A DNA stretch of 64,000 nt from Chitinophagaceae bacterium (GTDB lineage Bacteria; Bacteroidota; Bacteroidia; Chitinophagales; Chitinophagaceae): the NCBI GenBank assembly GCA_031422725.1, contig JANPMI010000223.1, positions 973 through 64,972 of the forward strand, in the 5' to 3' direction. Each line of letters starts with the position of its first letter. Position 1 is the stretch's first letter. Both the position numbers and the translations under genes were made by a program. This document shows positions 9,072 to 19,057 of this stretch, piece after piece. The notes under the pieces are model-generated. The model ran no database searches. It was not told where the DNA came from and worked only from the letters and a program-made list of their open reading frames with translations.

Positions 9072-10331
9072 ATGATTCCCTGTAAACCAATCGGCCAGAG
9101 ACTGACTTTTTTACTTCTTTCTTTTCTTATTGTTTCGTCAATTAATACTATTTCGGCACAGGATGGAAAAGCCTTGTTCCAGGGTAAATGTGCCAGTTGT
9201 CATAATCCGTTGAAAGAGGGAACAGGTCCCGCATTGGCCGGATTAGAAGACAGGCACAAATGGGCAGATCATAATGAACTACTGAAGTGGGTACAGAATC
9301 CTTCGGAATATATGGCTTCAGACCCATACACACAGGGATTAAAAACAAAGTATGGCTCCATGATGTCAGGATTTCCGGATCTTACAATTAAAGATATAGA
9401 TGCAATAGTTACTTATATTAATACCGCTGCAAAACCAGTGGTTGTTACAGGGCAAAATACCGAACCAGAGAAAAGTAATAGCAATGCCGTCATCTTCGGC
9501 GTTATTTCTCTGATTCTCGCTATTATTGCTCTTATCCTGATGCAGGTGAACAGTAACCTGAAAAAAATGAGTGATGATGCAGAAGGCATTCAACGCCCCG
9601 AGCCTGTTCCTGTATATAAAAATAAAGTTTACATCGCCATGACCGCTTTGCTTTTCTTTGTGGTAGGTGGTTATTATGTTACCAAAGGAGCCATTGGATT
9701 AGGCCGCCAAAAAGGCTATCAGCCTGTTCAACCTATTTATTATTCACATAAAGTGCATGCGGGCATCAACCAGATCAACTGCCTTTACTGTCACGGATCT
9801 GCGTGGGAAAGCAAAACCGCCGGTATCCCTGCGGTGAATACTTGTATGAATTGCCACAAGTCTATTAATACTTATGAAAAAGGACCGAAGCTTTATGATG
9901 AGAACGGTGATGAAATAAACGGAACTGCAGAGATTGCTAAATTATATAAAGCCGCCGGATTTGATCCTGCCAAACCAAACAGTTGGGATCCTTCAAAAGC
10001 TAAACCAATTGAGTGGGTAAAAATTCATAACCTGCCCGACCATGTTTATTTCAATCACTCACAGCATATCAATACCGGCAAAGTGCAATGCCAGACCTGC
10101 CATGGTGAAATAACTGCGATGGATGAAGTGAAGCAAGTGTCGGAATTAAGCATGAGCTGGTGTATAAACTGTCACCGGGAAACCAAAGTGGATTTTAATT
10201 ACAGTGAAGGCAAGGGTAATAAATTTTACAGCATTTACGAGAAGTTTCATAACGATATTAAGAACCATAAGATGGATAGTGTAACGGTGAAAGATATTGG
10301 CGGTTTGGAATGTCAGAAATGTCACTATTAA
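9072..10331 (+). CDS. actA: alternative complex III subunit ActA, multiheme cytochrome c with an extra N-terminal monoheme domain
   Basis: Six CXXCH motifs: CASCH, CLYCH, CMNCH, CQTCH, CINCH, CQKCH. Signal peptide and one internal TM (VIFGVISLILAIIALILM). First gene of the act cluster. Confidence 0.85.
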   Translation: MIPCKPIGQRLTFLLLSFLIVSSINTISAQDGKALFQGKCASCHNPLKEGTGPALAGLEDRHKWADHNELLKWVQNPSEYMASDPYTQGLKTKYGSMMSGFPDLTIKDIDAIVTYINTAAKPVVVTGQNTEPEKSNSNAVIFGVISLILAIIALILMQVNSNLKKMSDDAEGIQRPEPVPVYKNKVYIAMTALLFFVVGGYYVTKGAIGLGRQKGYQPVQPIYYSHKVHAGINQINCLYCHGSAWESKTAGIPAVNTCMNCHKSINTYEKGPKLYDENGDEINGTAEIAKLYKAAGFDPAKPNSWDPSKAKPIEWVKIHNLPDHVYFNHSQHINTGKVQCQTCHGEITAMDEVKQVSELSMSWCINCHRETKVDFNYSEGKGNKFYSIYEKFHNDIKNHKMDSVTVKDIGGLECQKCHY

Positions 10332-10335
10332 TATA

Positions 10336-10367
10336 ATTAGCTAATTAGCCATTATGCTGATGTGCTC
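10336..10367. repeat. degenerate tandem octamers (tract 1) in the actA-actB spacer
   Basis: attagcta|attagcca|ttatgctg|atgtgctc, period 8. Confidence 0.65.
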
Positions 10368-10398
10368 ATGAAGGAAACTAAAGATAGACTTGGAGCCA

Positions 10399-10460
10399 AT
10401 TAGCATATTAGCACATTATCGAATCAGCACATTATTGAATTATCGAATCAGCATATTATG
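10399..10460. repeat. degenerate tandem octamers (tract 2) running into the actB start codon
   Basis: attagcat|attagcac|attatcga|atcagcac|attattga|attatcga|atcagcat|attatg. A 21-nt unit attatcgaatcagcaYattat recurs at 10415 and 10439. Confidence 0.75.
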
Positions 10461-13400
10461 AGTAACAAGTACTGGCAAAATTTCGGAGAGCTGAATGACC
10501 CGGAAAATCTCAAAAAATTCAACCAGGATGAATTCCCGGAAGAGTTACCATTTGAAGGTTTTGATGATAAAGGATTAATAGATGCCAAAGCTCCACGAAG
10601 GGATTTTTTAAAATATCTTGGTTTTAGTACCGCTGCTGCTACTTTAGCTGCCAGTTGTAAAGTTCCGGTACGCAAAGCAATTCCTTATGCCAACAAACCG
10701 GAGAACCTTGTACCGGGTGTGGCAAAATATTATGCTACTACTTATGTGCAGGATGGTGATGTGATACCGGTGGTGGCAAAAGTAAGAGATGGCCGCCCTA
10801 TTAAAATAGAAGGAAATGTTTTAGAAAACAGTTTATATGCAACCGGTGGAACATCCGCCAGGGCACAGGCCTCTGTACTGGATTTATATGATATGTACCG
10901 GGCAAAATTTCCGTTGCATAAGGTGAAAGATAAATTTGAGGAAGTTCCCACTTTTGAACAGCTCGATAAAATGGTGGGTGATGCAGTGATAGCAGCAGGT
11001 GGTTCGGTGGTATTGCTCAGTTCAACTATTGTTTCTCCTTCTACAAAAGATATTATTTCAAAGTTTCCCAATTTAAAGCATGTACAATACGACGCTGTTT
11101 CTTACAGTGGCATGCTGCTGGCCAATGAAGCCAGTGGTTTTGGAAGAAAATTGCCTTCATATGATTTTGGAGCAGCCAAAGTAATTGTCAGCCTCGGTGC
11201 TGATTTCCTTGGCACCTGGCTTAGCCCGGTTGAAAATGCCAAAGGATATTCCAAAGGAAGAAAGATTGATGAGAAGAATCCTTCCATGAGCAAACATTAT
11301 CATTTCGAAGGTCACCTGAGCATGACGGGTTCTAATGCTGACGAAAGATTTACGCATCGTCCATCTGAAACGGGTGCTGTTGCGTTGGCGTTATTGGCAG
11401 CATTAAATGGCGGAACTGCATCTGTTGCTGATGCCAAATTGAAACAAGGGATTGAAAAAGCTGCTGCCGATTTAAAAGCACATAATGGTGCTGCATTGGT
11501 TATTTGCGGAAGTAACGATAAAAATATTCAGACCATTGTAAATGCCATCAACAGTGCCATCGGTGCCAATGGCACTACGATAAACTGGAATCAGCCTGTT
11601 AATTACCGCCAGGGAATTGACAGTGATATGGCAGATCTTATTGCACAAATGGAAGCAGGGCAGGTTGGTACATTAATGATACAGGGTGCTAATCCGGCTT
11701 ACACCTGGTATGATGCAGACAAATTCAAAGCAGCCCTGAAGAAAGTGAAAGTGACTGTTTCATTCAATGGAAAAATGGATGAAACAACTGAGCTCTGCGA
11801 ATACATTATTCCTGATCATCACTACCTGGAAAGCTGGGGTGATGCAGAACCTAAGGCAGGTGTTGTAAGTTTTCAGCAACCGACTATTTATCCATTATTC
11901 AAAACCCGTCCTTTTCAAACTTCCTTATTAAAATGGGGTCAGCCTGCCGGCCAGACCGGGGGCAGCACACAGGATTACGAAATATATTTTAAAGAATACT
12001 GGATTGGTAAATTAGGTTCAGAAGATGCATTTAATAAAGCACTGCAGGATGGTATAAAAGAAGATGCTGTTATAACAGGTAGCGGCGGTACCTATGCTGG
12101 CGGAGCAACAGCGGCAGCCATAACAGCGATTGAAGGATATAAAAAAGCAGGTGGCACAGAAGTAGTTTTCTATGAGAAAGTATCTATAGGAAATGGATCA
12201 CAGGCAAGTAATCCCTGGTTGCAGGAATTGCCTGACCCCGTTTCAAAAGCAACCTGGGACAACTATGCGTTGATCTCTATGAAAAAAGCAGAAGAACTGG
12301 GCATTAAACTGAATACAGATTATGAATACCACCCGGAAAAACCTGTTATCGAATTAACGATTGGTAAAAACAAAGTTGAATTACCAATACTGGTGTTGCC
12401 GGGAATGAATGCTGATACCATTGCAGTAGCAGTGGGATATGGAAGAAGTGAAGCGATGGGTGTAACGGCGGCGGGAGTTGGTAAAAATGTTTATGGATAT
12501 ACTACTTATAATGGCAGCACCGTTGATAATTATGTAACCGGTGCCAGCACTGCTAATTTGCATAAGAAATATAAAATTGCACAAACACAAATTCATAATT
12601 CTTACGAGGACCGGGAAGAAGTAGTAAGAGAAACTACGCTGGCAGCATTCAAAAAAGAACCGAATGTTATTCCGGAGTGGCGACAGGAATTGAAAGATGC
12701 TTATTATAAAAACTCCAATGGAAATTTCAGAGAAGCTACTTTATATCCGCAGCATGATCAGCCCGGCATCAAATGGGGGATGAGCATTGATATGAATGCC
12801 TGCTTTGGTTGCGGTGCCTGTGTAGTAGCCTGTAGTGCAGAAAATAATGTTTCTGTTGTTGGTAAAAGAGAAGTACTCCGGTACCATGACATGCACTGGC
12901 TGCGTATTGACCGCTATTTTATTTCCGATGAGAAAGATCCCGATAATCTGAAAGGCGTTGTATTTCAACCAATGCTTTGCCAGCATTGTGATAATGCACC
13001 ATGTGAAAATGTGTGCCCGGTAGCTGCTACCAACCACAGCGAAGAAGGAATTAACCAGATGGCTTATAACCGTTGTATCGGTACAAGATATTGCGCCAAC
13101 AACTGTCCTTTTAAAGTGCGGAGGTTTAACTGGGCTGATTATACAGGGGCAGACAGCTTCCCCAATAATAGAGATCAGCAATTGGTAGGTAAGCTGGATA
13201 GTGTAATTGAGCAAATGAATGACGACCTGACAAGAATGGTATTGAATCCAGATGTTACTGTTCGTTCAAGAGGTGTAATGGAAAAATGTTCTTTCTGTGT
13301 ACAGAAATTGCAGGCTTCTAAATTAGATGCGAAAAAAGAAAACAGGATACTAAAAGACGGTGATGCAAAAACGGCCTGCCAGATGGCTTGTTCTGCCGGT

Positions 13401-13667
13401 GCTATTGTATTTGGCAATGCACATGATAAAGGAAGCCAGCTGAACAAAGTTCGCAATGATAACCCGCAGCGGAGTTTTTATGTGCTTGAGCAATTACATG
13501 TGCTGCCAAACATTACCTACCTGGCTAAAGTGAGAAATACAGATGAGCCGGATGAAAAATGGAATCGTCATATAGGGGATCATAAGGAAGCGGGACATGC
13601 AGACGAAGGACATAAAGCTGACAGCACATTGCCATCAGCACAAAAAGTGGAAGGGGCGCAGCATTAA
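10458..13667 (+). CDS. actB: alternative complex III subunit ActB (molybdopterin-oxidoreductase-like domain fused to a 4Fe-4S ferredoxin domain)
   Basis: Twin-arginine signal RRDFLKYLGFSTAAATLAA. Fe-S motifs CFGCGACVVAC, CQHCDNAPCENVCP, CIGTRYCANNCP. 1069 aa. Confidence 0.9.
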   Translation: MSNKYWQNFGELNDPENLKKFNQDEFPEELPFEGFDDKGLIDAKAPRRDFLKYLGFSTAAATLAASCKVPVRKAIPYANKPENLVPGVAKYYATTYVQDGDVIPVVAKVRDGRPIKIEGNVLENSLYATGGTSARAQASVLDLYDMYRAKFPLHKVKDKFEEVPTFEQLDKMVGDAVIAAGGSVVLLSSTIVSPSTKDIISKFPNLKHVQYDAVSYSGMLLANEASGFGRKLPSYDFGAAKVIVSLGADFLGTWLSPVENAKGYSKGRKIDEKNPSMSKHYHFEGHLSMTGSNADERFTHRPSETGAVALALLAALNGGTASVADAKLKQGIEKAAADLKAHNGAALVICGSNDKNIQTIVNAINSAIGANGTTINWNQPVNYRQGIDSDMADLIAQMEAGQVGTLMIQGANPAYTWYDADKFKAALKKVKVTVSFNGKMDETTELCEYIIPDHHYLESWGDAEPKAGVVSFQQPTIYPLFKTRPFQTSLLKWGQPAGQTGGSTQDYEIYFKEYWIGKLGSEDAFNKALQDGIKEDAVITGSGGTYAGGATAAAITAIEGYKKAGGTEVVFYEKVSIGNGSQASNPWLQELPDPVSKATWDNYALISMKKAEELGIKLNTDYEYHPEKPVIELTIGKNKVELPILVLPGMNADTIAVAVGYGRSEAMGVTAAGVGKNVYGYTTYNGSTVDNYVTGASTANLHKKYKIAQTQIHNSYEDREEVVRETTLAAFKKEPNVIPEWRQELKDAYYKNSNGNFREATLYPQHDQPGIKWGMSIDMNACFGCGACVVACSAENNVSVVGKREVLRYHDMHWLRIDRYFISDEKDPDNLKGVVFQPMLCQHCDNAPCENVCPVAATNHSEEGINQMAYNRCIGTRYCANNCPFKVRRFNWADYTGADSFPNNRDQQLVGKLDSVIEQMNDDLTRMVLNPDVTVRSRGVMEKCSFCVQKLQASKLDAKKENRILKDGDAKTACQMACSAGAIVFGNAHDKGSQLNKVRNDNPQRSFYVLEQLHVLPNITYLAKVRNTDEPDEKWNRHIGDHKEAGHADEGHKADSTLPSAQKVEGAQH

Positions 13668-13745
13668 TAAAGAATGGTTGAATAGTTGTGTAATGAGATT
13701 TGTGGCTTAGTTAGAATTTAATTCTTGGAATTTTTATAATCATTT

Positions 13746-15200
13746 ATGGCATTACTCAGATACGAATCACAGGTAAGACCGGCGCTGATTGAAGGCGACA
13801 AAGATTACCACCAAGTAACCGAAGATATTTGCCGCCCGGTAGAAGCCAAACCATCAAAACTTTGGTGGATAGGATTTCTTATTTCAGCGGCTATGCTTGG
13901 TTTTGGTATTCTTTCCGTAACGATGGAGGTAATATATGGTACCGGCCAGTGGAACCTGAATAAAACAATCGGCTGGGGCTGGGACATTACCAACTTCGTA
14001 TGGTGGGTAGGTATTGGTCACGCCGGTACATTGATTTCTGCCATCTTGTTATTATTCCGCCAGGGATGGAGAACCGGGGTGAACCGTGCTGCTGAAGCGA
14101 TGACAATTTTTGCGGTAATGTGCGCCGGTCAGTTTCCTATCTGGCACATGGGCCGTGTGTGGAATGCATTCTTCGTTCTTCCTTATCCAAACACAAGAGG
14201 TCCGCTGTGGGTGAACTTTAACTCACCATTACTCTGGGACGTATTTGCGATATCAACTTACTTCACCGTTTCTTTATTATTCTGGTACTCTGGTTTAATA
14301 CCTGACCTGGCCACCCTTCGGGACAGAGCCAAAAAGAAATGGAGAAAAATGTTTTATGGTGTGGCCGCTTTCGGCTGGACAGGCAGTACCAAACACTGGC
14401 AGCGTCATGAAGCATTGTCATTAGTGTTGGCCGGTTTAAGTACACCACTTGTATTATCAGTACATACTATTGTATCCTTCGACTTCGCCACTTCAGTTGT
14501 TCCGGGCTGGCATACTACCATCTTCCCGCCTTACTTTGTGGCGGGTGCCATCTTCTCCGGTTTTGCGATGGTGCAAACCCTGTTAGTGGTTACAAGAAAA
14601 GTATTAGGACTGCAAGAGTACATCACTCTTGAACATATTGAGGTAATGAATAAGGTAATTGTCCTGACTGGTTCTATTGTGGGTATTGCTTACCTGACAG
14701 AGCTTTTCATGGCCTGGTATTCAGCGGTGGATTATGAAAATTTTGCCTTCTTCGAAAACCGCCTGAACCTGAACAGTCCTTATGGGTGGAGTTACTGGAT
14801 CATGATGGGGTGTAACGTATTGTCACCACAAATATTCTGGTTCCGCAAAATGAGAAGGAACCTGGTACTCACCTTCTTTATGTCCATTTTGATAAACATA
14901 GGTATGTGGTTCGAACGTTTTGTAATCATCGTTACTTCTGTTTACCGTGACTATTTGCCAAGTGCCTGGAGTACTTATTACACTCCTACCATTTGGGAAG
15001 TGGGATTTTATTTGGGAACATTCGGGTTGTTCTTTACCTGTTATTTCCTGTTCTCCAAATTCTTCCCCGTTATTGCGATTGCGGAAATCAAACATATATT
15101 AAAACGCAGCGGAGAAAATTATAAAGAGAAGATGGATGAGATAGAAGAAGAAAGTACGGAGGAATTTACAAAGAAGCATGGTCATGATCATGGGGCTTAG
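13746..15200 (+). CDS. actC: alternative complex III subunit ActC (NrfD/PsrC-type quinol-interacting membrane subunit)
   Basis: 484-aa polytopic membrane protein. Its position after actB and NrfD-like helices (WGWDITNFVWWVGIGHAGTLISA) support the call. Confidence 0.88.
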   Translation: MALLRYESQVRPALIEGDKDYHQVTEDICRPVEAKPSKLWWIGFLISAAMLGFGILSVTMEVIYGTGQWNLNKTIGWGWDITNFVWWVGIGHAGTLISAILLLFRQGWRTGVNRAAEAMTIFAVMCAGQFPIWHMGRVWNAFFVLPYPNTRGPLWVNFNSPLLWDVFAISTYFTVSLLFWYSGLIPDLATLRDRAKKKWRKMFYGVAAFGWTGSTKHWQRHEALSLVLAGLSTPLVLSVHTIVSFDFATSVVPGWHTTIFPPYFVAGAIFSGFAMVQTLLVVTRKVLGLQEYITLEHIEVMNKVIVLTGSIVGIAYLTELFMAWYSAVDYENFAFFENRLNLNSPYGWSYWIMMGCNVLSPQIFWFRKMRRNLVLTFFMSILINIGMWFERFVIIVTSVYRDYLPSAWSTYYTPTIWEVGFYLGTFGLFFTCYFLFSKFFPVIAIAEIKHILKRSGENYKEKMDEIEEESTEEFTKKHGHDHGA

Positions 15201-15333
15201 AGAAAAGCTATGAGCCGTTATCCGCCGGTTGGAGGATATGGGCAGGTAGATTTAATAAAAGAATGAAACGTTTTTAGAGTTTCTTTCAGTCGGTTGACAA
15301 TCGAACGAAACTCATAGCTAAAAGCTAAAAATA

Positions 15334-15924
15334 ATGGCGATAAAAAAATTTGTAACAGGAAGTTTTTACGATGAAGCAGTCTTATTCTCTGCCGTAAAAA
15401 AGACACGCCGTGCCGGGTATAAGATTCATGATGTCTTTACTCCATTTCCTATTCATGGATTAGATAAGGCAATGGGTCTCCGTGATACAAGCCTGCATAC
15501 TGCTGGTTTTGTTTATGCAATCACCGGTACCGCTACAGCAGTTGGTTTTATTACCTGGGCACTAACAATGGACTGGCGGTTAAATTTTGGAGGCAAACCT
15601 TTTTTTGCTTTACCCGCATGGATTCCCATCATATTTGAATTAACGGTATTGTTTGCGGCAGTGGGGATGGTACTTACATTTTGTTATTTATGCCAATTGG
15701 CTCCATTTGTCAGAAAAGATCATTTTAATCTTCGTTCTACGGACGACACTTTTGTAATGGCACTGGAGTGTACCGATAAAACCAATCATGATGAAGCAAT
15801 GAGTTTTCTGCAAAGTATTGGTGCTTCCGATGTGCAGGTACAGTATAAGGAAACAGGATGGTGGCTGGGCCGTTATGATAAAGAGACAAAAAGATTTGAA
15901 AGAAAACCAGAAGCGGCGCATTAA
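15334..15924 (+). CDS. actD: alternative complex III subunit ActD (DUF3341-type)
   Basis: 196 aa with two TM helices after an amphipathic N-terminus. Conserved position between actC and the monoheme actE. Confidence 0.78.
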   Translation: MAIKKFVTGSFYDEAVLFSAVKKTRRAGYKIHDVFTPFPIHGLDKAMGLRDTSLHTAGFVYAITGTATAVGFITWALTMDWRLNFGGKPFFALPAWIPIIFELTVLFAAVGMVLTFCYLCQLAPFVRKDHFNLRSTDDTFVMALECTDKTNHDEAMSFLQSIGASDVQVQYKETGWWLGRYDKETKRFERKPEAAH

Positions 15925-15940
15925 TAATTTATAATAACTG

Positions 15941-16570
15941 ATGATGAAAAAATTTTGGGTCATAACAGGGTTTGCAGCAGCGCTGGCCGCAATGGTAAGT
16001 TGCAATAAGGTCCGCCGCAGTCCGGGCAGGGCCTATATGCCGGATATGGCTTACAGCCGGGCTTATGAAACGTATGCTTCTACAGAAGGCTTGCAGAAAA
16101 AAGGCATTCACTATACAGCAAAGCCTGTAGAGGGAACTGTAGCCAGGGGCGATATGTATGCTTACGCATTGAAAAATGATTCAGCAGGATATGCTGCATC
16201 TGCAGGGGTTTTAAACCCACTGCCGTCACTTGCTGCAAAAGATTACCTGGAAGCTTCCAGGCTGTACCTGATTAACTGCGGTATTTGCCACGGAGAAAAG
16301 CTGGATGGAAACGGACCTTTATACAAAGGTGGAGACGGGCCATACACTCCCAAGCCTGCCACATTGGTGGGGGATGCCAAGTACATGGCAATGGCGGAGG
16401 GCACCATGTTTCATTCCATCACTTATGGTATAAATGCAATGGGCAGTTATGCATCACAGCTAAGCACTAAACAACGATGGATGATTGTACATTATATTAA
16501 AGAGAAACAAAAAGTAAGTGCAGGAAGCACTACAACAGCAGTGGCAGATACTACTGCAAAAACGAAATAA
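15941..16570 (+). CDS. actE: alternative complex III subunit ActE, monoheme cytochrome c lipoprotein
   Basis: Lipobox-like AAMVSC and a single CGICH heme motif. Confidence 0.8.
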   Translation: MMKKFWVITGFAAALAAMVSCNKVRRSPGRAYMPDMAYSRAYETYASTEGLQKKGIHYTAKPVEGTVARGDMYAYALKNDSAGYAASAGVLNPLPSLAAKDYLEASRLYLINCGICHGEKLDGNGPLYKGGDGPYTPKPATLVGDAKYMAMAEGTMFHSITYGINAMGSYASQLSTKQRWMIVHYIKEKQKVSAGSTTTAVADTTAKTK

Positions 16571-16607
16571 TAAAGATAATTTTTGAAGCAATAATAAACG
16601 AACACTA

Positions 16608-17834
16608 ATGTCAATACGGGAAAAATTTGTAGTGCCAAAAAGATACAATACTATAGCTATTACATTAATGGTTATAGGCCTGTTAGCTATTGTTGGTTTG
16701 TATGTAACACACGGAGGGAAAGATGATGCACACCAGCAGGCCCGTTTCTGGGGGTCATTGTTGCAAAACAGTGTATATTTTTTACTGCTCGTAAATGCAG
16801 CTATGTTTTTTATCTGCGCCACTACGTTGGCATGGGGCGGATGGCAGATGTCATTCCGCAGGGTTTCAGAAGCTATTTCAACCTGTGTGCCGGTGGTGGG
16901 AACTATTTGCGGAGTTATCCTTTTACTCATTTGCTTTGGCAGTAATCATGAATTATATCACTGGACAGATACAGAACATGTGAAAAATGATGTGATTCTG
17001 AATTTCAAAAAAGGATTTTTAAATAAAAACTTTTTTGCAGGCTGGACCATCTTTACAATAGTTGCCTGGTCATTACTGGGTTGGAAGATGAGAAAACTTT
17101 CCCGCAGTATTGACGATAAGCCGTTAACCGTGACGGAAGGGAAAAAATATATTTGGAATAATACCGTTTGGGCGGCAATTTTTATTGTTGTTTTTGCCTT
17201 GACGGTTATGTCGTCCATACCCTGGCTTTGGCTGATGAGTATTGATGCACACTGGTACAGTACCATGTACAGCTGGTACACTTTTGCCAGCACTTTTGTA
17301 GCGGGTATGGCGCTGATAACATTGTTTGTGGTGTTCCTGAAAAATAATAACTACCTGGAGCTGGTAAACGAAGAACACCTTCATGACCTCGGTAAATTCA
17401 TGTTTGCCTTTTCGGTGTTCTGGACTTACTTATGGTTTTCCCAGTTTATGCTTATCTGGTACGCCAATATTCCGGAGGAAACAACTTATTTCAAACCAAG
17501 GGCACAGGGAATATACAGCGGTATTTTCTGGATGATGTTTATAATCAATTTCCTCGCTCCGTTGTTAATATTAATGAGGAGGGGATCCAAGAGAAATTAT
17601 TCAACCATAACATTTATGGCCTTGCTGATCATCTTTGGGCACTGGCTGGATTTTTTCCAGATGGTATTTCCCGGCCCGTCGCCGGATCATGTGCCCATGA
17701 TACTCTATGATTTTGGCGTGGCATTAGGCTTTGTAGGATTGATCATGTTTGTAACCGGCAGGGCATTAAGCAAGGCACCGTTGCTGGCGAAGAATCATCC
17801 GTTTATTAAAGAAAGTGTGATACACCATACTTAA
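16608..17834 (+). CDS. actF: alternative complex III subunit ActF (second polytopic membrane subunit)
   Basis: 408-aa multi-TM protein in the last position of the act cluster. Confidence 0.78.
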   Translation: MSIREKFVVPKRYNTIAITLMVIGLLAIVGLYVTHGGKDDAHQQARFWGSLLQNSVYFLLLVNAAMFFICATTLAWGGWQMSFRRVSEAISTCVPVVGTICGVILLLICFGSNHELYHWTDTEHVKNDVILNFKKGFLNKNFFAGWTIFTIVAWSLLGWKMRKLSRSIDDKPLTVTEGKKYIWNNTVWAAIFIVVFALTVMSSIPWLWLMSIDAHWYSTMYSWYTFASTFVAGMALITLFVVFLKNNNYLELVNEEHLHDLGKFMFAFSVFWTYLWFSQFMLIWYANIPEETTYFKPRAQGIYSGIFWMMFIINFLAPLLILMRRGSKRNYSTITFMALLIIFGHWLDFFQMVFPGPSPDHVPMILYDFGVALGFVGLIMFVTGRALSKAPLLAKNHPFIKESVIHHT

Positions 17835-17937
17835 GAAAATTGGATAGTTAAAAGTTATTTTAGTTCGGATAGTATAAGTGAATTTGAAGTTGTTGGGATT
17901 TTGAATTTTTATTTTGAATTTTTAATTGCTGATAGAT

Positions 17938-19017
17938 ATGCAAACATTATTCATAGTTGCAATTTTAGGACTGGGGTTTCTGATCACTTTTCAGATAGCC
18001 AAGGCCAGTGAGTATGTGGCCGTCTTGCGGGGCGAAGAAAAAGCCAGAAAGCAAACGAACAAAATCAATGCATTTATGCTCCTGGCATTTCTGATCATTG
18101 GGTTGATTGGTGTTTATTATTGCAATGAAACCTATAAAGGAAGAATCCTGGGAGAATCCGCTTCTGATCATGGAGTGCTGATTGACAGGATGCTTTATAT
18201 AACAATAGCCCTCACCGGTTTTGTATTTCTGGTTACCCAGTTTTGTTTATTCTGGTTTCCATTTAAATACCAGGAGTCGGATAAAAGAAAAGCTTACTAC
18301 TACCCTCATAACAACAAACTTGAATTAATCTGGACAGTTATTCCTGCCATAGCCTTAACGGTGCTGGTAGGATTTGGATTATTTTATTGGTTTAAAATTA
18401 CAGGTGATCCGCCTAAAGATGCGATGCAGGTAGAGGTTACCGGTAAACAGTTTGGATGGGAGTTTCGTTATCCCGGACATGATGGTCCTGATGGCAAAGG
18501 CGTTTTTGGTAAAAAATATTTTAAAAACATAGACCCGGCAAAAAATAACCCTGTTGGACAACTATGGGATGATCCTGCTAATCATGATGATGTTTTTACA
18601 GAACAGGAAATGCATTTGGTGGTAAACAAACCGGTAAAACTTATAATTGGTTCCAAAGATGTAATACATGATGTGGGGCTTGTACATTTCCGGATGAAGA
18701 TGGATGCCGTGCCGGGTACACCTACTACTATGTGGTTTACCCCAAAATTTACCACTAAGCAAATGATTGAGAAAACAGGCAAAGCCAATTTTGTTTATGA
18801 ACTATCCTGTGACCAGATGTGCGGAAAAGGACACTATAGTATGAGAGGTGTGGTAGTAGTGGAAACCCAGGAAGAGTTTGATGCCTGGCTGGCTGGCAAA
18901 AAACCACAGTACCTGGTGGCTAATCCTGATAAAGATCCCGCAGCGGTTAAAAAGGATTCAGTCATAAGCACTACATCTGCCGGAGGAGCCCGGACAGAAA
19001 TGAAAATGAGAAATTAA
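17938..19017 (+). CDS. coxB: cytochrome c oxidase subunit II (no fused cytochrome c domain)
   Basis: CuA site CDQMCGKGHYSM and two N-terminal TM helices. The ATG at 17938 is preferred over the TTG at 17926. No CXXCH anywhere in the protein. Confidence 0.9.
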   Translation: MQTLFIVAILGLGFLITFQIAKASEYVAVLRGEEKARKQTNKINAFMLLAFLIIGLIGVYYCNETYKGRILGESASDHGVLIDRMLYITIALTGFVFLVTQFCLFWFPFKYQESDKRKAYYYPHNNKLELIWTVIPAIALTVLVGFGLFYWFKITGDPPKDAMQVEVTGKQFGWEFRYPGHDGPDGKGVFGKKYFKNIDPAKNNPVGQLWDDPANHDDVFTEQEMHLVVNKPVKLIIGSKDVIHDVGLVHFRMKMDAVPGTPTTMWFTPKFTTKQMIEKTGKANFVYELSCDQMCGKGHYSMRGVVVVETQEEFDAWLAGKKPQYLVANPDKDPAAVKKDSVISTTSAGGARTEMKMRN

Positions 19018-19057
19018 AACAAGATAACAGCAGCAGCTGTTGCTAAAATAAAAGAGT

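Noticed and set aside
12741-13214. 157-aa antisense ORF within actB (similar cases at 16460-16930 and 33290-33847)
   Set aside because: All lie fully inside genes with strong motif support on the other strand, and their translations have no recognisable features.
15203-15326. Nested inverted repeats in the actC-actD spacer (agctatgag / ctcatagct 96 nt apart; gagtttc / gaaactc)
   Set aside because: The arms are only 7-9 bp in AT-rich DNA and their pairings compete with each other. This could easily arise by chance, so it is not strong enough to call a structured element.
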